Shown here: positions 34,160 to 40,830 of the stretch, piece after piece
Layout: the number at the start of each line of letters is the position of its first letter
Numbering within the stretch: the first letter of the stretch is position 1
Source: Gammaproteobacteria bacterium
GTDB lineage: Bacteria > Pseudomonadota > Gammaproteobacteria > Tethybacterales > Persebacteraceae
Direction: 5' to 3'
NCBI GenBank assembly: GCA_051009035.1
Contig: JBPCWY010000088.1
Coordinates: forward strand, 1 to 40,830
DNA: 40,830 nucleotides
Position numbers and translations under genes: made by a program
Notes under the pieces: generated by a model
Databases searched by the model: none
What the model was told of the DNA's origin: nothing
The model's input: only the letters and a program-made list of their open reading frames with translations

Positions 34160-35368
34160 TTAATTTCCGGCGGTTAATTTCTTGTAAATTTCCGCATCCG
34201 TGGCGCCTTCGGTGCCGAAGACCAGCACCGCGCTTTTGGCGGTTAATCCCGCCCGGCGGCGCATCGGCGAACACGCTGCTGCTAAAAATCCGGCAAGCCC
34301 CGCCACGCCCGATTCGCCGCCTTCCACCGGCGTGCGGCGGCGCGCCAAATGCCGCATTAGCGGCGGAATTAACGCATCGTCAATTAACATAAAATTGCGC
34401 GCGCCGGGTTGTAAAATCTTCCACGCCAGCTCCGAAACTTCGCCGCAACTCAACCCCGCCATAATCGTTTCTTCGGCGATTTGGACTGCCGCAGCCCGCC
34501 GCAAACGGGCGCTTTCGTGCAAACACCCCGCCAACGACGGCTCCACAACGGTCAATTGCGGGGACGCGCCGAATTTTCCGGCGGCGAATTGATGGCGCAG
34601 CCACGCGGATACGGCGGCGGCTAATCCGCCGACTCCGCCCTGCACGAAAACATGAGTCGGCAAAACGGGTATTTGCCGCAACGCTTCTTCCGCCATGACG
34701 CTGTATCCCGCCATCACTTGGCGGGGCATTTCGGCATATCCGGGATAAGAAGTATCGGAAACGACAAACCAGCCGTTTTTTTGCGCATCGGCGGCGGCGC
34801 GGCGCACCGATTCGTCGTAGTTGCCGCGAATCCGGACGACTTTTGCGCCGAATGCTTCTATCGCCCGTTTGCGCCCTTCGCTGACTTCGGCGTGAATATA
34901 AATGCGGCAGCGGCAGCCGAACATTTTCGCCCCCCATGCAACGGAGCGTCCGTGGTTGCCGTCCGTTGCGGAGGTTACCGTAATGTTGCGGACATGCGCC
35001 GCATACCCGCCCGCCGCCAGCGTTTTGCCGTCCGGCGGTTTGCCCGTTGCGCGGCGGATGTGCGCGGCGAGCAGGCGCGAAACGGCAAACGCCCCGCCCA
35101 ACGCCTTAAAACTTCCCAGCCCAAACCGCCCGCTTTCGTCTTTGTAATAAACGCTTTGCACTTTTGCGCGCGCCGCAATTTCTTCCAGCGAATGCAGCGG
35201 AGTCGGCGCGTAATGCGGCCATTTTCGGATTTCCGCAATCGCGCGCGCGCCGTCCGCGCGGGGCAGGACGGCGCGGGATTGGCGCAAATGCGCGCCGTCG
35301 TCCGCGCCCGCATTGCGCAAAAACCGCGTTTCGGCGGTTTCGTATAACGCCCATTCCGCCGGAGTCAT
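34160..35368 (-). CDS. dpaL: Diaminopropionate ammonia-lyase-like PLP enzyme (fold type II)
   Basis: ESGRFGLGSFKALGGAFAV (PLP-Lys motif as in YgeX/DpaL). About 400 aa, longer than threonine dehydratase-type paralogues. The ATG at 35368 overlaps the upstream stop as ATGA. Confidence 0.7.
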   Translation of the reverse strand: MTPAEWALYETAETRFLRNAGADDGAHLRQSRAVLPRADGARAIAEIRKWPHYAPTPLHSLEEIAARAKVQSVYYKDESGRFGLGSFKALGGAFAVSRLLAAHIRRATGKPPDGKTLAAGGYAAHVRNITVTSATDGNHGRSVAWGAKMFGCRCRIYIHAEVSEGRKRAIEAFGAKVVRIRGNYDESVRRAAADAQKNGWFVVSDTSYPGYAEMPRQVMAGYSVMAEEALRQIPVLPTHVFVQGGVGGLAAAVSAWLRHQFAAGKFGASPQLTVVEPSLAGCLHESARLRRAAAVQIAEETIMAGLSCGEVSELAWKILQPGARNFMLIDDALIPPLMRHLARRRTPVEGGESGVAGLAGFLAAACSPMRRRAGLTAKSAVLVFGTEGATDAEIYKKLTAGN

Positions 35369-36117
35369 GCCGCCTCCCGCAACAACGCGCCAAAACCGGA
35401 CAACGGGCGGGCGCATTGCAAAAGCCGCGCGCCGTGCCATGCCAAAATTTGGTTGCTGGTTAAAACTGGAATCCCCGCCGCCCGTTCAATTTCTTCCGCA
35501 ACTTCCGCGGCGCGCAACGCGGTGCAGGAAATAAAAAGCGCGTCCGCTTGCGGGCGGACGGCGTCCGCGGCGTAGCGGACGACCGCTTCCGGCGGAATAT
35601 CGGCGACCAACACATCGTCGTCAAAACCCAGCCCGTTGATGTTAATTACTTCGCGTCCGGCGGCGGTTTGACATTCGCCGAGCGCGCGGTTAATTTCCGC
35701 CGAATAGGGCGTTAGGATGCTGAGTTTTTTAATATTCAACGCCGCGCACGCCGCATCCAAAGCGGCGAGCGGCGTAGTGACCGGCGTTTGCGGGTGCGCC
35801 GTTTGGACGAGTTTGCAAACGGCGTCCCCGCCGATGGCGGCGCTTCCGGAAGTGCAGGCATACACCGCCGCATCAACGCCCCGCCCGGGCAAAAGTCCGG
35901 CGGCGGCGCGCGCAATATCGCCCCGCATCGCGCGCAAATTTTCCAGCGTCAGCGGGTTGGTATTTTGCACCCGGTTGACAAACATCTCCGCATCGGGCGG
36001 CAACATGCGCGGTAAATCGCGCTCAATCGTTAAATCCGAAGCAAGCGCAATAACGCCGAGGCGCTTGGTTTTCGCCGGACAAAGCGCGCCCTGAAACGCA
36101 ATTTGATTAATTTCCAT
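35365..36117 (-). CDS. Asp/Glu/hydantoin racemase-superfamily protein (maleate isomerase / arylmalonate decarboxylase / EutA-like)
   Basis: 250 aa. RLGVIALASDLTIERDL...AVYACTSGSAA...LFISCTALRA has two Cys-containing half-site motifs typical of this superfamily. The ATG at 36117 has GGAG 8 nt upstream. Confidence 0.65.
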   Translation of the reverse strand: MEINQIAFQGALCPAKTKRLGVIALASDLTIERDLPRMLPPDAEMFVNRVQNTNPLTLENLRAMRGDIARAAAGLLPGRGVDAAVYACTSGSAAIGGDAVCKLVQTAHPQTPVTTPLAALDAACAALNIKKLSILTPYSAEINRALGECQTAAGREVININGLGFDDDVLVADIPPEAVVRYAADAVRPQADALFISCTALRAAEVAEEIERAAGIPVLTSNQILAWHGARLLQCARPLSGFGALLREAA

Positions 36118-36297
36118 AACACCCGCTCCGGTAAAAATTTTCCCCGCCGCCGCATTTTTTCCATGCGCTTGCGCAAGCGATTTTAACAATATTTTTCGCG
36201 GCAACAAATTTCGCGGCAATCATTTTTGCAAAAATATATTCCGGCGCGTATTTGGCGCGCAACAATATCCCGCCGGTGCCGTTTTTTGCGCGCGCGG

Positions 36298-36322
36298 AAA
36301 AAACGCCGGACAAAACACCGGC
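36298..36322 (-). terminator. Rho-independent terminator after the M24 peptidase gene
   Basis: Minus strand: gccgg-tgttttgt-ccggc-g-tttttt (stem 36322-36318 / 36309-36305, T6 at 36303-36298). Confidence 0.55.
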
Positions 36323-36348
36323 GGGAAAAAACATGACAGCGGGCGCGT

Positions 36349-37530
36349 TCATGCGGCGGGAATTACCGGCAATTCTTCCGCGGCGGGAATGGTTAACAAT
36401 TCCGCTTCTTCGCCGACGGCAATATTTTCTTCGCAAACCATTTGCAATCCTTCGCCGGTTTTGACGGACGGCTCAACCGCCAAAACCATGCCTTCCCGCA
36501 AAACCGTTTCATCGTGCGCCGCCAAAGACGGCGGCTCGGTCAGCTGCACGCCAATTCCGTGTCCCATTCGCCCGACATCTCCGGCTTCCGAAAGCGTCTC
36601 CCGCATCGCCCGCCAAACTGCGGCGGCGGTGTTGCCCGGACGGGCGGCGGCGATGCCCGCCCGCATCGCGCGGTGTAATGCGGAATGCGCTTTTTGCGCG
36701 CCGTTTGCCGCTTTGCCGACGGCGTAGTTGCGGTCAAAATCGCAAAAATAACCGTCGTATACCGCGCCGATGTCAATCATCAAAACTTCGCCCGCCGCCG
36801 GAGTGGTATCCTGCGGCGGCATAATCACGGTGTCATATCCGCCCGCACCGGACGCCGCCGCCAAATACGGGATTTCGTCCGCGCCGTTTTGGAGAATGTC
36901 CGCCTGCAAACGGCGGCAAACCGCGCTTTCGCGCAAGCCGTGCGCGCCCTGCGGCAACGCGGCAAATGCGGCGGAAACGGCGCGCGCGCTGTATCGGATT
37001 TTTTCAATTTCGCGGGGCGATTTAATCATCCGCTGTTGTTGCAGCAACGCGGCGCAATCGCCGATTTCGCCCGGCAACGCGGCGCGCAATTTTAACCAAT
37101 CGGCGGGCGGCATGCGCAGCGCGCTTTCCGCGCCGAGCGCCATTCCGATTTTTCCGCCCATGTCGCGCAACACCGAAACCAGCAGCGAAACGCCTTCGTC
37201 CTGCGGGCGCGGCGAAGGCCAGCAGCGAATATCGGAAATCCAAGTTTTTGCCATTCCCCGCGCGCCAATTTCCGGAATCACCGCAACGGGTTTGCCCCGC
37301 GCCGGAATCGCCAAAAACCAGGGACGGGTCGGGCTTTGCCAAAAGCGGGTGAGAAAGCCGCTGAAATATTGAATATCCGCGGCGGCGGAAAGCAACAGCG
37401 CGCCAAACCCCGCCGCCGCCATGCGCCGCTGGACGGCTTCCGCGCGCGCTTCGTATTCTTCCGCCGCAAAACCGCGCGGCGGCGCGGGCGTTATTTTGGC
37501 GTTCTCTTCCGGCAAAACATTCTCCTCCAA
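36349..37530 (-). CDS. M24-family metallopeptidase (Xaa-Pro dipeptidase/creatinase/ectoine-hydrolase-like)
   Basis: Creatinase-type N-terminal domain plus a pita-bread C-terminal domain (IDIGAVYDGYFCDFDR, GHGIG, LAVEP). The start is uncertain: TTG at 37530, or TTG at 37515 (6-7 nt downstream of GGAGGAG). Confidence 0.78.
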   Translation of the reverse strand: MEENVLPEENAKITPAPPRGFAAEEYEARAEAVQRRMAAAGFGALLLSAAADIQYFSGFLTRFWQSPTRPWFLAIPARGKPVAVIPEIGARGMAKTWISDIRCWPSPRPQDEGVSLLVSVLRDMGGKIGMALGAESALRMPPADWLKLRAALPGEIGDCAALLQQQRMIKSPREIEKIRYSARAVSAAFAALPQGAHGLRESAVCRRLQADILQNGADEIPYLAAASGAGGYDTVIMPPQDTTPAAGEVLMIDIGAVYDGYFCDFDRNYAVGKAANGAQKAHSALHRAMRAGIAAARPGNTAAAVWRAMRETLSEAGDVGRMGHGIGVQLTEPPSLAAHDETVLREGMVLAVEPSVKTGEGLQMVCEENIAVGEEAELLTIPAAEELPVIPAA

Positions 37531-37568
37531 AAAAATAAATTATACGCCGTTATGATAAAGTTGCGGCA

Positions 37569-37949
37569 ATGCAAAAAGCGCTTCGTTTGTTTTTGATTTT
37601 GGCATGCTGCGCGGCGGCGGCGGAAGACGGCGCGCGGTTGTCGGACGCCGAAATTCGCGCCGTATTAGAAAACGCCACGGCGGTTTACCGGGACGGCGCG
37701 CGGCAGTTTTTTGCCGCCGGCGGACGCACCGAATATTTGACCGCCAAAGGGTTGCCGTCCGCCGGACAATGGAACGTGCGAGGCGGAAAATATTGTTCGG
37801 TATGGGGGGCGGGCGCGCCGTCCTGCTACATCGTAACCCGCCACGGCAAAGACAACACCGGCGGCAAAAACGCGCCGGTCCTCCGCTGGGACGGCGAATA
37901 CGAAGCCGCCGTATATCCGGGAAATATTCTCCGCCAAAGCGAAAAATAA
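37569..37949 (+). CDS. Small hypothetical secreted protein
   Basis: Signal peptide MQKALRLFLILACCAAAAE. Two conserved-looking Cys (GGKYCSVWGAGAPSCY). No family assigned. Confidence 0.5.
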   Translation: MQKALRLFLILACCAAAAEDGARLSDAEIRAVLENATAVYRDGARQFFAAGGRTEYLTAKGLPSAGQWNVRGGKYCSVWGAGAPSCYIVTRHGKDNTGGKNAPVLRWDGEYEAAVYPGNILRQSEK

Positions 37950-38190
37950 CCGCGCCTTTCGCGTTTATCCCCGGCGTTTATTTTCGCCGCCGTTGCATAA
38001 AAAACCCCGCCAAAATGCGGCGCAAAAAATCCGCACCAACAAAAAACCCGCCCGCTGTTTTGGCAAAATTAAAAGCGCGGGATTAAAAACCGGAGCCGCC
38101 CGTTTTTTTCCAAAACGGCAAAACGCCGGACGCGGCAAATTTCCGTTTTTGCAAAAAGCGAAATTCCAACGCCGTGCGGCGGCGGAAATT

Positions 38191-38199
38191 TGCTACAAT
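38191..38199 (+). promoter_or_regulatory. Extended -10 TGCTACAAT upstream of alaS; near-leaderless
   Basis: The 9-mer is identical to the one upstream of gor. The ATG at 38208 lies 8 nt after the hexamer, with no SD. Confidence 0.45.
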
Positions 38200-38207
38200 G
38201 CGAAACC

Positions 38208-40830
38208 ATGAAATCCGCCGACATCCGCGAAAAGTTTTTGCAATTCTTTGAATCGCGCGGGCATGCGCGCGCGCCGTCTTCGCCGTTAGTGCCGGCAAAC
38301 GACCCGACTTTGCTTTTTACCAATTCGGGCATGGTGCAGTTTAAGGATGTTTTTTTGGGTTTTGACAAACGCCCGTACAACACGGCGGCGACCGCCCAGC
38401 GGTGTTTGCGCGCCGGGGGCAAACACAACGATTTGCAAAATGTCGGCTATACCGCGCGCCACCATACTTTTTTTGAGATGCTGGGAAATTTTTCCTTCGG
38501 CGCGTATTTTAAAGAAAAAGCGATACCGCTGGCGTGGGAATTTTTAACCTCGCCGGAATATTTGGGAATCGCCAAAGAGCATTTGTGGGTTACCGTTTTC
38601 GGCGGCGGAAAAATATTCGGCGCGGACGCGCCCGCCGTGGCGGCGGACGAAGACGCGGCGGCGTTGTGGAAGGCGGAATTAATCAAAGCCGGTTTCAACG
38701 AAGCCGAAGCGGAAAACAGAATCGCGCGCATTCCGACAACGGACAATTTTTGGATGATGGGCGAGACCGGTCCGTGCGGTCCGTGTTCGGAAATTTTTTA
38801 CGACCGCGATGGCGGCGCAAAAACATTCCGCGGCGAAGACGAAAAATATGCGGACGAGTGCGTGGAAATTTGGAATTTAGTTTTCATGGAATTCAACCGC
38901 AACGCCGCCGGCGTATTAAAAAAACTCCCCGCCCCGTGCGTGGACACCGGCATGGGATTGGAAAGAATTTCCGCCGTCATGCAAAACGCAAAAAGCAATT
39001 ACGAAACGGATTCGTTTTTTGCGCTGCTTGCCGAAGTTAACGATGCCGTCAAAAACGCGGGCGGCAAAGATTGCGGCGGAAAATACGCGCCTTCGCACCG
39101 CGTCGTCGCCGACCACATTCGCGCCGCCGCGTTTTTAATTGCGGACGGCGTTTTGCCCGGCAACGAAGGGCGCGGTTATGTCCTGCGCAAAATCATCCGC
39201 CGCGGATTAATCCACGGCGGCAAAGCGGCGCAAAAAAATAATTTCGGCGCTTCGCCGTGGTTTTGCAATTTGGCGGGCGCGTTACCGGATATTATGGGAA
39301 GCGCGGGCGATATTTTGCGCGGCAAACGCGAAGAAATTAAAGAAGTTTTGGAACGCGAAGAAAGCGGGTTTTACAAAAACTTTTTGGACGGGCGCGCGCA
39401 TCTGGCAAAAAAAATAAAAGCGGAACAAAAACGCCTCGGAATCTCCGCGGACAAATCCGGCAAGCCGCCGAAGACCTTGCCCGTATTTTCCGGCGAAGCG
39501 GCGTTTGAGCTTTACGATACTTACGGCTTTCCGGCGGAAGCGACGGAAGATTATATCCGCGAGGATAAATATTTTTCCGGCATAGACATGGAAGCGTTTG
39601 AAAAATGCATGAACGAACAGCGCGCCCGCTCGCGCGCGGCGATGAAATTTAATATCGGACAAAACGCCGCGGAATACGGCGGCGCGGCGACCGAATTTAC
39701 CGGCTACGAAACTTTGCGCGGCGAAGCGGAAATCGCGGCGATTTTTGTTAACGGCTGCGCCGTGCAAGAATCGCGCGCCGGCGAAGAAGCGTTGCTCGTC
39801 CTAAACCGCACGCCGTTTTACGCGGAATCGGGCGGGCAAACCGGCGATGCGGGCGCGCTGCGCAAAAACGGCGCGGCGGCGGAAGTGCGCGATACGCAAA
39901 AAATTCGCGCCGATGTTTGGGGGCATGCGGCGCAAATTACCGAAGGCGCGTTTGTTGCCGGCGACAAAGTGGAATGCGAAGTAGACGCGCCGCGCCGCGC
40001 AAATATCGCGCGCTGCCATTCGGCGACCCATCTTTTGCACGCCGCATTGCGGCAAGTATTGGGCGCGCATGTGCGGCAAAAAGGTTCTTTGGTCGCGCCC
40101 GCTTATTTGCGTTTTGATTTCGCGCACGGCGGCGCGCCGACCGAAAAACAACTGCGCGAAACGGAAGACATCGTCAACGCGCAAATCCGCGCCAACGCCG
40201 AAGTATTAATAGAAACCATGAAATACGACGAGGCAATCCGGCGCGGCGTTACGGCGTTGTTCGGCGAAAAATACGGCGATGTCGTGCGCGTTGTCGCGAT
40301 TGATTCCGGTTTTTCCGCGGAGCTTTGCGGCGGGACGCATGTTGCGCGGGCGGGCGATATTGGTTTTTTCCAAATCGCATCCGAAGGCGCGGTCGCCGCC
40401 GGCGTGCGCCGCATAGAAGCGGAGTGCGCCGCCGCCGCCGTCTTGCGCGCGCAAAACGCCGCGGCGCAGTTGCGGCAAATCGGCGGCATCGTCAAAACGC
40501 CGCCCGACCGCGCGGCGGAAAAAATATCGCAAATGCGCGATTCGTTAAAAGACGCGCAAAAACAAATCGCCGCCATGCAGCGCGCGCAAAACGCGGCGCA
40601 AACGCGCGATTTAATTTCGCTGGCGGAAAACATTAACGGCGCAAAAGTATTAATCGCGCAAATCCCCGGCGCGGACGCCGCCGCCTTGCGCGAAGCCGCG
40701 GCGCAGTTGCGCGGCGAATTGCCGCAAGCGGCGTTATTTTTGGCGGGAGACGGCGGCGGGAGCGCGTCTTTTGCGGCGTCCGGCGCGGGCGGCATCAGCG
40801 CGAAAGAATGGATGAACGCGGCGGCAAAAG
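38208..40830 (+). CDS. alaS: Alanyl-tRNA synthetase, 3'-truncated by the window edge
   Basis: Hand-translated from the ATG at 38208: MKSADIREKFLQFFESRGHARAPSSPLVPANDPTLLFTNSGMVQFKDVFLG...RAGGKHNDLQNVGYTARHHTFFEMLGNFSFG. The frame stays open to 40830. It is absent from the ORF track because no stop codon lies in the window. Confidence 0.95.
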   Translation, partial: MKSADIREKFLQFFESRGHARAPSSPLVPANDPTLLFTNSGMVQFKDVFLGFDKRPYNTAATAQRCLRAGGKHNDLQNVGYTARHHTFFEMLGNFSFGAYFKEKAIPLAWEFLTSPEYLGIAKEHLWVTVFGGGKIFGADAPAVAADEDAAALWKAELIKAGFNEAEAENRIARIPTTDNFWMMGETGPCGPCSEIFYDRDGGAKTFRGEDEKYADECVEIWNLVFMEFNRNAAGVLKKLPAPCVDTGMGLERISAVMQNAKSNYETDSFFALLAEVNDAVKNAGGKDCGGKYAPSHRVVADHIRAAAFLIADGVLPGNEGRGYVLRKIIRRGLIHGGKAAQKNNFGASPWFCNLAGALPDIMGSAGDILRGKREEIKEVLEREESGFYKNFLDGRAHLAKKIKAEQKRLGISADKSGKPPKTLPVFSGEAAFELYDTYGFPAEATEDYIREDKYFSGIDMEAFEKCMNEQRARSRAAMKFNIGQNAAEYGGAATEFTGYETLRGEAEIAAIFVNGCAVQESRAGEEALLVLNRTPFYAESGGQTGDAGALRKNGAAAEVRDTQKIRADVWGHAAQITEGAFVAGDKVECEVDAPRRANIARCHSATHLLHAALRQVLGAHVRQKGSLVAPAYLRFDFAHGGAPTEKQLRETEDIVNAQIRANAEVLIETMKYDEAIRRGVTALFGEKYGDVVRVVAIDSGFSAELCGGTHVARAGDIGFFQIASEGAVAAGVRRIEAECAAAAVLRAQNAAAQLRQIGGIVKTPPDRAAEKISQMRDSLKDAQKQIAAMQRAQNAAQTRDLISLAENINGAKVLIAQIPGADAAALREAAAQLRGELPQAALFLAGDGGGSASFAASGAGGISAKEWMNAAAK

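Overview
This looks like a chromosomal segment of a Gram-negative, probably proteobacterial, genome. That reading rests on the presence of lpxL-family, mltA, mrcA, ubiJ-like and phaR genes. Housekeeping genes are densely packed and often overlap at start/stop codons: icd, mltA, a PfkB kinase, gor, a MarC-family protein, aceB, tRNA-Val(CAC), dapF, an LpxL-family acyltransferase, mrcA, pgsA, uvrC, selD, selU, phaR, proS, a CPA2 K+/H+ antiporter, efp, a cold-shock protein, a dpaL/racemase/M24 peptidase catabolic cluster, and 5'-partial alaS (not in the ORF track because it runs off the window). Four visibly AT-richer restriction/defence determinants interrupt this backbone. They are a GmrSD-like Type IV enzyme (150-1784) convergent with a NYN-domain gene, a ~1035-aa single-chain Type IIG/IIL nuclease-methyltransferase (9426-12530), a solitary M.TaqI-like adenine methyltransferase (21645-22793), and a beta-class methyltransferase fused to an HNH nuclease (25322-26548) that sits between selD and selU. 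A 20-bp ATTCC(C/T)-N8-(G/A)GGAAT palindrome occurs at least 8 times, always intergenic, and builds NIME/MITE-like composite elements. The most unusual locus is 8442-13276. It holds a 3-TM orphan membrane protein convergent with two unannotated tandem paralogous acidic Pro-rich micro-ORFs (52 and 54 aa). These micro-ORFs are driven by a TTGACA-18-TATGAT promoter immediately downstream of the Type IIG gene, and the block is bounded by repeats and a secreted SNase-like nuclease. No CRISPR array, rRNA, transposase or integrase was seen.
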